A stretch of 64,000 nt of DNA from a bacterium (GTDB lineage Bacteria; CG2-30-53-67). The position numbers and the translations under genes were made by a program. This document shows positions 1 through 9,687 of this stretch, in pieces; the first letter of the stretch is position 1; every line of letters begins with the position of its first letter. The notes under the pieces are model-generated. The model did not search any database and was not told the origin of the DNA. It saw only the letters and a program-made list of their open reading frames with translations. The stretch is from contig CAKKPE010000107.1 in assembly GCA_919901565.1 (NCBI GenBank), positions 7,091 to 71,090 of the forward strand, read 5' to 3'.

Positions 1-1139
1 ACTGATGCGATCTCTCTCATGGGTCTGATGTCGGAAGAGACAATCATCTCACGGCCTTTAATTTCGATCCCTATGAAACCGTTTTCGGTACTTAGAAGCA
101 GATCCAGTTCAAGACCTGAGCGGGTTCTATAGAAAAATATCTCTACGTTCTTTTGCGCAGTCTTTATCCACTTGAAGATCTCATTGACAACCATTGTTTC
201 ATAAATTTCTCCTGAAAATTCTTCCCTCTGGCCGCTCAGCCGTCTTAAAAGTCCGACATCAAGCCAGTAGAGCTTCGGTGTCTTGATTACTGAACTGGTA
301 ATATTCTGATAATAAGGCTGAAGGAGCATGACCTGATATGAAAGACGGAGATATTCCAGATATCTGCGGGCAGTATCGACACTCACCGATGCATCCCGGG
401 CAAGCTCTGAATAATTTAAAAGCTTGCCGGAGCGCAATGCAGAGAGCCTCTGGAATTTCGTAAAAGGTTCAAGATCTTCCAGCCTTGCCAGATCGGACAG
501 ATCTCTTTCAAGATAGGTATATTCATAATCCTTCAACCACTTCCATTTCTCGTCATCAGATAAAGGAAGCAGCGCCGGCATACCACCCCATTTAAACATA
601 TAGTTTTCTGCAGTACGGGCCTTGCTGTCTTCCATGTCAAGGAGTACCGGCGGAACGTTTTCAAAGACCTCATCAAATGTTTTTTTGGAAAATAAGCTGT
701 CAAGAAGTGGGGGCTTTACCTCTGTCGCATTATCCTCTCCGTGAATCTCGCTCATAAGCAAAGGCCACAATTCAAATATGGCCACGCGTCCGGCCAGCGA
801 TTCCCGTATCTTTTTTAAAAGCAATATCTGGCTGGAACCCAGTATGAGACAGAAGGATATCCCCTTCTCATCGTAGGCATATTTTATTTTCTCGAAGATG
901 ACAGGCTCTTTCTGTGCCTCGTCAAGAACAGCATTGCCTACGGTTTTTGCCCAGACCGGCGTTGTTATTTTTCTGAGCATCTCTCGGTTTTCGGGCGCAT
1001 CCAGGTTGATATAACGCAACTCAGGATATTTTGCCCGTGCAAGGGTTGTCTTTCCTGTCTGCCTTGCTCCTGTCAGCAAAACCAGACTTCTCCTGTTTGA
1101 GGAGGGGATGTAAGCTGACAGGAATCTATATTTCTGCAT
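1..1139 (-). CDS. ATP-binding protein, AAA_14/DUF4143 family (3' end runs off window)
   Basis: Manual translation from ATG at 1139: MQKYRFLSAYIPSSNRRSLVLLTGARQTGKTT (Walker A), AVLDEAQKEP (Walker B), LGSSQILL, ESLAGR. GGAG RBS upstream. Not in the ORF track because it is truncated by the window edge. Confidence 0.85.
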   Translation of the reverse strand, partial: MQKYRFLSAYIPSSNRRSLVLLTGARQTGKTTLARAKYPELRYINLDAPENREMLRKITTPVWAKTVGNAVLDEAQKEPVIFEKIKYAYDEKGISFCLILGSSQILLLKKIRESLAGRVAIFELWPLLMSEIHGEDNATEVKPPLLDSLFSKKTFDEVFENVPPVLLDMEDSKARTAENYMFKWGGMPALLPLSDDEKWKWLKDYEYTYLERDLSDLARLEDLEPFTKFQRLSALRSGKLLNYSELARDASVSVDTARRYLEYLRLSYQVMLLQPYYQNITSSVIKTPKLYWLDVGLLRRLSGQREEFSGEIYETMVVNEIFKWIKTAQKNVEIFFYRTRSGLELDLLLSTENGFIGIEIKGREMIVSSDIRPMREIAS

Positions 1140-1230
1140 ATTTAAGCTCCATGTCGTATAATATACAGTTAAATTTACGACCAAGCAAGTAATTTTATAT
1201 TTTAGGGTTTTTGAGAAAGAGAACGCTTCT

Positions 1231-1862
1231 TGGGACGTTGTTTCTAACAATGCTTTTTCTTGACAGGCCCTTGGAGCGGACACCGAGCCATTATCGGGAA
1301 TATCGGGAAGGCATCGTACTCTTGGATGGACACCGAGCACCTCCTCAGTGAGTTCGGTAGTACCAGGCACCAGGCCATAGCGGAATACCGGAAGTTCATC
1401 CAGGAAGGGATAGGGATAGGTCAAGGTGCAGAATTCACCGGCGGAGGCCTCCTGCGGAGCCAAGGCTGGTCTCAGGTTCTTGCGATGCGCCGGAGAGGAC
1501 AGAAAGAACAATACGACGAGCGCATATTGGGAGGCGCCGACTTTGTCAACAAGATACTCAAGGACGCCGAAGAGCGGCAGCTCCGGCAGACCAAGCTCAG
1601 GCGAAGCGGCAGAACTATAGAGAAAATTATTGATGAAGAATGCAATGGCCGTCAGATCAGCGTTAAGGAACTCAAGGCCGGCTGCAAGCGATGAGGTGTA
1701 AGCGATATGCGGGCCACGATAGCCTATCGATGTCGAGAGGAATGGGGCTATGTGCAGCGGAGATCGCAAGGCACTTGGGTGTTAACACATCCTGCATTGT
1801 CCGGGCGATAGAACGGGCAATGCAGGGGAGATAGTAAAAGCATGATTAGAAACAACGTCCCA
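1231..1862. mobile_element. RAYT-like transposase remnant bounded by 27-bp imperfect inverted repeats
   Basis: tgggacgttgtttctaacaatgctttt (1231-1257) is the reverse complement of aaaagcatgattagaaacaacgtccca (1836-1862) with 2 mismatches. Confidence 0.65.
1260..1834 (+). pseudogene. C-terminal fragment of a REP-associated tyrosine transposase-like protein (stop and frameshift)
   Basis: PWSGH...YRKFI...GGGLLRS.GWSQV...DERILG..DFV is typical of the C-terminal half of this family. There is a stop at 1692-1694, then an HTH-like AEIARHLGVNTSCIVRAI in a shifted frame. The catalytic HUH domain is absent. Confidence 0.7.
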
Positions 1863-1895
1863 TGGGAAGGTGTCCCATGGGAAAGTGCGTCCCTC

Positions 1896-2168
1896 CTATA
1901 GTCCCGATCCTCTCTGTATCTTGTCGAATACCCAGTCCCAGAACTCGATGCGTCCTATTCCTATGGGATCCAGTCTGAGTTGGTCCTTGATGCGTGGCCA
2001 GGCTTCAAGGAAAGCCTTAGGGCTGATGAACCGCGTGAATACGTCCCAGAAAGAAGCCCGCGACAAAAGCCTGGCAACAGACCAGGCAAACCTCTCATCC
2101 GATGGATCTCTCAGGATTTCTCTGAACTCGTCGTCCGAAATTGTTACATCCCAGGTCAGGTATCCCAC
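1896..2168 (-). CDS. Small hypothetical protein, probable partner/antitoxin of the AbiEii-like gene
   Basis: 90 aa; overlaps the end of the upstream nucleotidyltransferase; YLTWD...ARLL pattern. Confidence 0.6.
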   Translation of the reverse strand: MGYLTWDVTISDDEFREILRDPSDERFAWSVARLLSRASFWDVFTRFISPKAFLEAWPRIKDQLRLDPIGIGRIEFWDWVFDKIQRGSGL

Positions 2169-2620
2169 GATTTCAGCCCTTCTTCAAATATCTCCGATGC
2201 TATTTCCTTGAGCCTGCCGTAAATGACATCCTCAGAATCGCTTACTTTTAGAATGGTCCCGCCTTCCGCGATCTGTTTCCTGGCAGAATCCCACATGCCG
2301 GAGAAAGGATCCTCGAGAAAATCGAGCTTAATCTCCTGGTCCATAACGCATACGTAAGACACCGCTCTCAGCAACCCCGGCTTGTCCGTTGTTCCGATCT
2401 GACGGCATTTCAGGTTCTTGCTCCTCAGCGCGTTGATGACTTTCTCGACAGCCGGAAAATCAAATTCAAAGCCGGTAAAATAGAAGTCCAGGTCTTCCGA
2501 GACTCGGTGGTACAGATAGAACCTGGACAAACCCGTCCCTCCGGAAAGCACAAACGGGAAGAATGCCATAGTTGAAACTTCTTTGAGTATCTTGTCCTGG
2601 TCCTGGTAAACTGGGATCAT
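2156..2620 (-). CDS. AbiEii/AbiGii-family nucleotidyltransferase (short)
   Basis: LSGGTGLSRFYLYHRVSEDLDF matches the family GGT..L....HR.SEDLDF motif. Confidence 0.8.
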   Translation of the reverse strand: MIPVYQDQDKILKEVSTMAFFPFVLSGGTGLSRFYLYHRVSEDLDFYFTGFEFDFPAVEKVINALRSKNLKCRQIGTTDKPGLLRAVSYVCVMDQEIKLDFLEDPFSGMWDSARKQIAEGGTILKVSDSEDVIYGRLKEIASEIFEEGLKSWDT

Positions 2621-2932
2621 TATTGTTAATAACCTATGTGGAGTCGTGGTATTACCGAAAATGTTTCATGACCTCCTTGTATGCCTTTTCATCCAGTTGG
2701 AAGCCTGGCTTGACGACATGGACCGGAATTTCCCGTTTCTTTGAATAGTATGGTTGATTCTATATTCTAACTGTCATATTGTCAACACGAACTGCAGCGA
2801 GGTTTTTCTTCAGGCAAAAAAATAACTGCAGGAGATGATGTGGGTGAGCCAGGCCCGCACGCTCTCCTGCAGTCAAGTGGTAAAACCACTCACTTGTGGG
2901 GTACCCTTGCGATACCCCTGGGGGAATGGGGG

Positions 2933-3112
2933 TTATGCAACGTTTATGTTTTCGCGCTCTACCAGTTCATCCAGTCCGAGGAAGACCACCTTGGAGCAGA
3001 TGGGGCATTTATAGTAGACATCAAAAAAGATGGCCCCGCCTTCATCACGATTTAAAGGAAGAAACCGGGTATCATCTCTGAACATCCTGGAACCGCATTT
3101 GCCGCAGTGCAT
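2933..3112 (-). CDS. Small zinc-ribbon protein (59 aa)
   Basis: MHCGKCG...YKCPICS has two CxxC pairs; GGAGG RBS just upstream of the ATG at 3112. Confidence 0.7.
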   Translation of the reverse strand: MHCGKCGSRMFRDDTRFLPLNRDEGGAIFFDVYYKCPICSKVVFLGLDELVERENINVA

Positions 3113-3185
3113 GAGGTAACCTCCCTTTCTCTGAACCAGATCCATGGTTTTTGTCAAGACCCAAATACAATCTACAGGGTGTTAT

Positions 3186-3201
3186 AGCAAATCGTATGCC
3201 A
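3186..3201 (-). promoter_or_regulatory. sigma54 -24/-12 promoter
   Basis: Minus strand reads TGGCATACGATTTGCT (GG-N10-GC), upstream of the zinc-ribbon gene. Confidence 0.65.
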
Positions 3202-3622
3202 GTTTTTGTCTCTGGCCTGTTCCGCTCGAGTCATAAGGAGAGGCAGCTTCCTTCAAGTTACAATATATTGAGTAATTGAAATCGGTTAGTACAACCTGTA
3301 CAGATTTGTCCGGTGCAAATAATTTTATTTTTTTCACCGGTATGCATAAAAAGTCAGGCGGGTTACCTAAAAAAGACCCCAAAACGCGGTCTATATGGAT
3401 CGATTCGGTCAATAAAGACCGTTACTTTTTTGTCAATGACAAAATTTTGAGCCCGGTCTTCTGACAGAGCCCCGGCCCCGGTTCCCATTCCGGGGTGTAA
3501 CGGGGCGCACAGGATGCGGCATAAGAAAATTGTGAAGAACGGTAAGATTCATGTATAATTAAAATGTCTGCTTAACATTCTTAATCAGTTGATATGTAAA
3601 ACTGTATTCTGAAGCGGGTCAT

Positions 3623-5068
3623 ATGCCTGACGTAATCATCATAGGAGCCGGACCTGCAGGGATTTTCGCTGCAATGACCCTGCTTGACCGGGGCATCAGC
3701 GACATCCTCCTGCTCGAACGGGGAAGTGATATTGAAAAAAGGCGTTGCCCTGCCCGGGAAAACAATGGACATTGCCTCCATTGTACGCCCTGTTCCATCC
3801 TCACGGGGTGGGGCGGTGCCGGAGCGTTCAGCGACGGGAAGCTGACCCTGACGACCGAGGTAGGCGGGTTCCTTGGCGAACTGGTCCCAAAGTCTGAACT
3901 TGAAAAGCTGATCCGGATGGCCGATCAGCGGTTCATGGACTATGGGGCTCCTGCGGAAATCTACGGCGGGTCAACCCGGGAGACCCGAAGGATCAAGGCC
4001 CTGGCCAAAAGGGCGGAGATGGCGCTGGTCGAGATGGAGGTCCGGCACCTGGGGACTGAGAATTGCTACCAGGTTTTAAAGCGGATCCGCAAGGATCTGG
4101 AGGGTCGTCTTGAGATCAGGACTGAAACCCAGGTCAAAAGCATCCGGGTGAAAGATGGCACGGTGAAAGGTGTGGAGACCGAGGACGGGGAATTCATTTC
4201 CGCTAAATTTGTGGTTTCCGCTCCGGGCCGGGTCGGGGCAGACTGGATGAGAGGGGAGTCCAGGCGCCTGGGCCTTGCGGCCATTCCGAGTCCTGTGGAC
4301 ATCGGCCTCCGGGTGGAACTCCCGGCCGCGGTTCTGGAGGAACTCACGTCCGCAACCTATGAATCCAAGCTGATTTACTATTCAAAGACCTTTGATGACA
4401 AGGTCCGGACCTTCTGCATGAACCCTTATGGAGAGGTGGTCACCGAATATACTGGTGACATCATGACCGTGAACGGTCACTCCTATGCTGAAAAGAAGAC
4501 CGATAATACCAACTTCGCCCTGCTGGTCTCCACCATATTCACCGAGCCTTTTGATGATCCCATTGCCTATGGAAGGTATATCAGCCGTCTTGCAAACCTT
4601 CTGGGGAAAGGGGTGATCGTCCAGAGGCTGGGGGACCTGCTCAACGGCCGCCGGTCCACACCTGATCGTATTGCCCACTCATCGGTCCGCCCCACGCTGG
4701 AAAGCGCCACGCCGGGCGACCTCAGTTTTGTCCTGCCTTACCGGTACCTCAAGGATATCACGGAGATGCTTGAGGCCATGAACCAGATCGCTCCTGGGGT
4801 GAACTCTCGGCACACGCTCCTCTACGGTGTGGAGGTCAAGTTCTACTCCCACCGGATCGAGGTGGATCGGAACATGGAGACGAGGATCAAAAATCTCTTT
4901 GTGGTGGGGGACGGCGCCGGCATTACCCGAGGGCTGATCCAGGCCTCGGCCAGCGGCATCCTCGCCGGAGAGGCCATCTCAGAGGGGCTCTCTGGAAAAA
5001 CCAAAGGTAAAAAGTCCGGCAGCGGACGGCTGGTCAGGGAATATCGTTGTCCATTACCGACGGATTAG
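3623..5068 (+). CDS. NAD(P)/FAD-dependent oxidoreductase
   Basis: IIGAGPAG Rossmann motif, GWGGAGAFSDGKL, RTFCMNP, VNGHS, GDGAGITRG. Confidence 0.9.
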   Translation: MPDVIIIGAGPAGIFAAMTLLDRGISDILLLERGSDIEKRRCPARENNGHCLHCTPCSILTGWGGAGAFSDGKLTLTTEVGGFLGELVPKSELEKLIRMADQRFMDYGAPAEIYGGSTRETRRIKALAKRAEMALVEMEVRHLGTENCYQVLKRIRKDLEGRLEIRTETQVKSIRVKDGTVKGVETEDGEFISAKFVVSAPGRVGADWMRGESRRLGLAAIPSPVDIGLRVELPAAVLEELTSATYESKLIYYSKTFDDKVRTFCMNPYGEVVTEYTGDIMTVNGHSYAEKKTDNTNFALLVSTIFTEPFDDPIAYGRYISRLANLLGKGVIVQRLGDLLNGRRSTPDRIAHSSVRPTLESATPGDLSFVLPYRYLKDITEMLEAMNQIAPGVNSRHTLLYGVEVKFYSHRIEVDRNMETRIKNLFVVGDGAGITRGLIQASASGILAGEAISEGLSGKTKGKKSGSGRLVREYRCPLPTD

Positions 5069-5108
5069 AGTATTATGAATGAAAATGTGAAGGGAGGGGA
5101 ATGCCGCC

Positions 5109-5825
5109 ATGCTGGGCAGAGAGATCAGGGGCAGGGTATCCGGGTTGCTGCTGTTTGCTTTTTTTCTTTTGTTCCACCTTCGGTATCTCGTCCAGAGATG
5201 GCATCTATTCGATCGGGTGGCCAGGCTGAACAGCCTGCTGATCACATTGACCATTATATTATTCCTGTCCGCGTATCTGATCCGGAAAAGGGCGGTTGAG
5301 TTTCCCCATGGATTTATGGAAACGGGATATCCCCTTGTGTGCGCGGCCCTTCCGCTCATCATTTATCACAATGTGGAGATATTGCATTACATCTCCACGG
5401 ACAGCCGGATTTACAGTCCTCTGAGCAGGTTTCTGGGTTTATACAGGCACCACCTGCTGGGATGGAATCTCTGCTCGATGACGCTGATCATCGCCGGCAA
5501 TCTGATCACGCTATCGGGCATGGTCTTTCTGAAGCGGTCTTTCAGTATCATGGTCGAGGCCAGGGCGCCTGTGTATCGCGGGATATACGCCTATATACGG
5601 CATCCCCTCTACCTCGGCGAAATTGTTGCGACGGTGGGGGTCCTCATATTCAGGTTCTCAATCATCAATATCATTCTGACCCTGCTTTTTGTTTTAGGCC
5701 AGAGAATCAGGGCAGGCATTGAAGAGAAAAAGCTTATTCATGCTTTTCCTGAGTATCTTGAATACAGAAGAAAGACAGGCGGGTTTTCCCCTAAGTGGCC
5801 CTATTACGATAATAGGGCCACTTAG
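5109..5825 (+). CDS. Isoprenylcysteine carboxylmethyltransferase-family membrane protein
   Basis: Hydrophobic helices; GIYAYIRHPLYLG and EEKKL...F.EY..Y motifs. Confidence 0.85.
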   Translation: MLGREIRGRVSGLLLFAFFLLFHLRYLVQRWHLFDRVARLNSLLITLTIILFLSAYLIRKRAVEFPHGFMETGYPLVCAALPLIIYHNVEILHYISTDSRIYSPLSRFLGLYRHHLLGWNLCSMTLIIAGNLITLSGMVFLKRSFSIMVEARAPVYRGIYAYIRHPLYLGEIVATVGVLIFRFSIINIILTLLFVLGQRIRAGIEEKKLIHAFPEYLEYRRKTGGFSPKWPYYDNRAT

Positions 5826-5830
5826 TTTGG

Positions 5831-8083
5831 TTAATTGTCTGTAATGCTTACCTTGTTCATGATCACATCAGACAAAGGTTTATCGTTGGTGTCGGTATCC
5901 ACGAGGCCGATGGCCTGTACCACGTCCATGCCTTCCACTTCCACCACACGTCCGAAGACCGTATGGACGCCGTCCAGCCAGGGTGTTGCAGCCAGTGTGA
6001 TAAAGAACTGGCTGCCGCCCGTATTGGGCCCGGAGTTGGCCATGGAGAGAATGCCGGGCCCATCGTGTTTCAAAAGAAGATTGCCTGAATCGTCTTTTGG
6101 GAACTCGTCAATGATCTTGTATCCGGGGCCTCCGGTCCCGTTCCCATTGGGGTCGCCTCCCTGAATCATGAAATTTTCGATCACACGATGGAAAATCAAC
6201 TCATCGTAGTACCCGGTTTGCGCCAAATGGATGAAGTTCCTTGTGGTCAGAGGGACGAGGTCTTCAAAGAGCTCAAGCTTGACCGTGCCGTAGTTTGTTT
6301 CGATAACGGCAAACCGGTTGGGCGGAAGGCTGTCCGGCACGAAGTCGCCATCTGTATCTATGGCCGTACGTTCATCCAGCGGGAAAGGATCATCCGCATC
6401 CATGACCCCATCACCATCATCGTCAGGATCAACGTCGTTATTCTTCCCGTCGTTATCGGTATCCAGAGAGCGAGAAACACCATCATCCGTCTTGTCCGTG
6501 TCATCCGTGATCCCATCATAGTCGTCGTCGAGATCGGCATTGTTCCCGATCCCGTCCCCGTCGGTATCAAGACTTTCAGCCGGGTCGAGCGGGAAGGCAT
6601 CGTCCGCATCCAATACGCCGTCATTGTCGTCATCCGTATCGGCGTTGTTTCCGATGCCGTCCCCGTCGGTATCCAGACTTTCAGTCGGGTCCAGGGGGAA
6701 GGCATCGTCCGCATCCAATACGCCGTCATTGTCGTCATCAGGGTCCAAGATATTATCTATACCGTCATTGTCCGTATCGAGCGGGTAAATGTCAGTTATG
6801 TCCGGTATTCCATCTCCGTCGTCATCGAGGTCGGCGTTGTTCCCGATGCCGTCGCTGTCGGTATCCAGACTTTCAGCCGGGTCCAGCGGGAAGGCATCGG
6901 CTGCATCCAATACGCCGTCATTGTCGTCATCCGTATCGGCGTTGTTTCCGATGCCGTCTTTATCCGTATCCAAGCTCTCAGACGGATCCTGGGGGAAGGC
7001 ATCTTTGCTGTCCATAATTCCGTCTCCGTCGCTGTCAGGCCCTGTCTCAATCTTTACAAGATGAACGCCCTTGTCAGAGTCTGCCGTAACCAATCTGTCT
7101 CCGTCAACCAGCAGATCTATACAAGACCCTGGCGTATCCAGGCGGGCAGCAAAGGATGGCGCTGTGATATCTTTTATGTTTACGGCCTGAATGCCATTGC
7201 TGCCGTTGGCAATATACGCGTAATCGCCCTGAATTTTTATCTTGTAGGAATACTGGCTATTGGGATTAGAAGCATTATCCGTAAACGCGAGTGAAGATAC
7301 AAACGATGGATAAGTGCTTTTGATATTGTATATGGAAAGCCCGCTCCCTTGCCCTGCCATAAGGAGGTAGTCTCCATATTTTTCCAAAGTTGATATATTG
7401 TACCCGATATCGATTTGCTGAATGATTTGCGTGTAGGCCGGTTCGGAGATCGATATCATATCCAGGCCATTATCATTGGCTGCGACATAAGCCCCGTTGT
7501 TTGATAGAGCCGACTGCAAGAAAGCACTGTTTCCCTGAATCTGTCCCAGAAGGACCGGCGCCGTTGGAGCACTGATGTCGAGTATACTGAAAGAGTTCAT
7601 TCCGCTTATATATAGAGTATTCCCCTCGATGGAGAGATAATTTATGCTATCCGTGTTGAAAGAGGATACCATGATAGGGGAGCTTGGATTGGATATATCA
7701 ATGACCAGCAATCCATCAGAAGCTGTACCCAAATACAGATAGTTCCCTGATTTGGCTAAAGCAACGGCTTCACCGGTATTGATTTTAAGGGATCCGATCT
7801 CTTCTAATTTTGAGTTATTTGAAATTTTCAGGACAAGCAGTCCGGCGGAACCATCAGCCACGTAGATGTAGTTCCCGTCCTTCAGCAGGGAATAACTTGC
7901 ACCGGATGTATCGTAGGTGTCCAGAATTGAAAGGGCCATGACTTGGTTCGGCTCCGATGCTTCGGCAACGGTTGTAGGGGCATTGGATGAGCCTCCACCG
8001 CCACCGGAACAGCCGAGCATGAAAAGGGCGATAGATGTTAAAAGCCATGCGCTGAGGCTGAGTTTCGTTAAATAATTGCGCAT
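5831..8083 (-). CDS. Lipoprotein: LVIVD repeats + thrombospondin type-3-like repeats + cyclophilin PPIase
   Basis: Lipobox MLGC; YIYVADG..GLLV repeats; [12 protein letters not shown] repeats; C-terminal [15 protein letters not shown]...[17 protein letters not shown]. Confidence 0.9.
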   Translation of the reverse strand: MRNYLTKLSLSAWLLTSIALFMLGCSGGGGGSSNAPTTVAEASEPNQVMALSILDTYDTSGASYSLLKDGNYIYVADGSAGLLVLKISNNSKLEEIGSLKINTGEAVALAKSGNYLYLGTASDGLLVIDISNPSSPIMVSSFNTDSINYLSIEGNTLYISGMNSFSILDISAPTAPVLLGQIQGNSAFLQSALSNNGAYVAANDNGLDMISISEPAYTQIIQQIDIGYNISTLEKYGDYLLMAGQGSGLSIYNIKSTYPSFVSSLAFTDNASNPNSQYSYKIKIQGDYAYIANGSNGIQAVNIKDITAPSFAARLDTPGSCIDLLVDGDRLVTADSDKGVHLVKIETGPDSDGDGIMDSKDAFPQDPSESLDTDKDGIGNNADTDDDNDGVLDAADAFPLDPAESLDTDSDGIGNNADLDDDGDGIPDITDIYPLDTDNDGIDNILDPDDDNDGVLDADDAFPLDPTESLDTDGDGIGNNADTDDDNDGVLDADDAFPLDPAESLDTDGDGIGNNADLDDDYDGITDDTDKTDDGVSRSLDTDNDGKNNDVDPDDDGDGVMDADDPFPLDERTAIDTDGDFVPDSLPPNRFAVIETNYGTVKLELFEDLVPLTTRNFIHLAQTGYYDELIFHRVIENFMIQGGDPNGNGTGGPGYKIIDEFPKDDSGNLLLKHDGPGILSMANSGPNTGGSQFFITLAATPWLDGVHTVFGRVVEVEGMDVVQAIGLVDTDTNDKPLSDVIMNKVSITDN
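6400..7035 (-). repeat. Intragenic tandem repeats encoding Asp-rich Ca-binding TSP3-like units
   Basis: Repeated [34 protein letters not shown] units with near-identical DNA. Confidence 0.85.
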
Positions 8084-8139
8084 GAGAGATCTCCTTATTT
8101 TTTGTTTATTTCCTGTTTATAAAAATCACTTGGATTTTA

Positions 8140-8155
8140 TGCAAGAACTATACCA
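8140..8155 (-). promoter_or_regulatory. sigma54 -24/-12 promoter
   Basis: Minus strand reads TGGTATAGTTCTTGCA (GG-N10-GC), 57 bp upstream of the lipoprotein start. Confidence 0.6.
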
Positions 8156-8274
8156 TCACGCCCGCATTGCCCAATCCGGCTGAAATAATTTTAATTAGGA
8201 TGTATCTATCTGTTTTTATTCGGGTATCATATTTTGCCAGTCGTTTGATCATATAGGGTATGAATAGCCTTGTG

Positions 8275-8330
8275 TGAAAAAGTTTTCCATTAATCGGAAA
8301 AAAAATTCCATTTATAGGAAAACTTTTTCC
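8275..8330. promoter_or_regulatory. Three phased GGAAAA-N2-TTTTCC-like palindromes (candidate enhancer)
   Basis: Motifs start at 8275, 8296 and 8317, an exact 21-bp period. Confidence 0.55.
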
Positions 8331-8441
8331 TATTCTTGTCTTTTCTTTAAATAGTCAAAATACAGATTGGGCAGTAGGAGGCAGCCAACATCATGGGGTC
8401 TCTGGGTCTGGTTTCATTTCCAAGCTGGTTTATATATAAGG

Positions 8442-9671
8442 TTATATCTCCCCGAACCTCTTCTTGAACGCATCGGGACTCATCTTTGCGGTTTGGGCGA
8501 GACGCGATAAGCGGTCTCCCCGGAAGTCCTCGGGATCCAGCCGGATCATGTAGCGCCGGGCCGTCTGGTAGATTTCGGAGTGCACGTCCACGGTCCGGAT
8601 CCGGGTCTTCCCGGTCTTGGGGTCCATGAGTTCAGTAAAGGGGATGGGGGTGGTCTTGCCGTCCTTGAACAGGACCATGGCGCCGGAGCCTCCCTCCAGG
8701 AGAAAACGCACCGCGCTGTATCCAAGGTTCCTCGTGTATTGCCGGTCAAATGCGGTCGGCGGGCTGCAGCGGAGCTCATAGCCGATGTCCTTGGCCACGA
8801 TGGTGGTTTTGATCCCCATCTCCTTGAGCTCCTTGGCAACTTCATTCTTGAGGATGGTCCCGAAGGGGATCTCGGCCAGGCGAATGTTGCCGTGTTCATC
8901 CCTGGGGGCATCCTTTACCAAGGAGAACGATTTAGGGTCAAGACGCGCAGCAACCCCTTCCGCAATCACGGCCACGCCATGGTCCTTGCCCATGGAGAGC
9001 CGCTTGATGATCGCGCCTTCCAGAATGTTCAAGACCTTGCGCAGGGAATAGGTCTTGCCCAGTTCCTCGGGGATCAGGGTCATGGTCGCTCCGGCGCCGG
9101 TCCCCATGCCCAGGGCCAGGAATCCTGCGGACCTTCCCATGGCGATCACAAAGTACCATCGTGCGGCGGTCCTGGCATCCTCCATGAGGTTTTCGACCAG
9201 TTTTGTCCCCAGTTCCCGGGCCGTTTCATATCCGAAGGTCGGTACGCCAGGCGGGAGGGGGAGGTCGTTGTCAATAGTCTTGGGCACATGGCAGACCGAG
9301 ATCCTTCCTTTGGCTTCCTTTTCCACCTGACTCGAGGTATAGGCCGTATCATCCCCGCCGATGGTCACCAGGTATCGGACCTTGAGGTCACTGAGCGCCC
9401 GGATCACGTTGGCCATTTTTTCAGGGCTCTTGGTCGGGTTTTCCCTGGATGTCCGGATGATGGATCCGCCTTTGAGATGGATCCTCGAGATATGGCCCAG
9501 ATTCAGGGGAAGGACGTGGGAGGTATCGCCTTGGGAGAGCCACTTGAAACCGTCCAGGATACCGAGCACGGTTTTGCCCTGGTTGATCGCCTCGATGCCG
9601 GCCGCGCTGATGACGCCGTTGATCCCGGGCGCCGGGCCGCCGCCTACGACAATGGCTAATGTCTCACTCAT
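8442..9671 (-). CDS. pfp: Pyrophosphate-dependent 6-phosphofructokinase
   Basis: Start MSETLAIVVGGGPAPG; GGDD and PKTIDND motifs (Asp/Lys diagnostic for PPi use); MGR. Confidence 0.9.
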   Translation of the reverse strand: MSETLAIVVGGGPAPGINGVISAAGIEAINQGKTVLGILDGFKWLSQGDTSHVLPLNLGHISRIHLKGGSIIRTSRENPTKSPEKMANVIRALSDLKVRYLVTIGGDDTAYTSSQVEKEAKGRISVCHVPKTIDNDLPLPPGVPTFGYETARELGTKLVENLMEDARTAARWYFVIAMGRSAGFLALGMGTGAGATMTLIPEELGKTYSLRKVLNILEGAIIKRLSMGKDHGVAVIAEGVAARLDPKSFSLVKDAPRDEHGNIRLAEIPFGTILKNEVAKELKEMGIKTTIVAKDIGYELRCSPPTAFDRQYTRNLGYSAVRFLLEGGSGAMVLFKDGKTTPIPFTELMDPKTGKTRIRTVDVHSEIYQTARRYMIRLDPEDFRGDRLSRLAQTAKMSPDAFKKRFGEI

Positions 9672-9687
9672 GTTTTTCTCCCATTGT

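Noticed and set aside
3468-3508. GC-rich hairpin upstream of the oxidoreductase
   Set aside because: No recognisable riboswitch features or U-tract.
6400-7035. Regular repeats as a possible CRISPR array
   Set aside because: In-frame coding repeats without unique spacers; no cas genes in the window.
6188-7294. 368-aa plus-strand ORF with repeats
   Set aside because: Antisense shadow of the TSP3 repeats in the real minus-strand gene.
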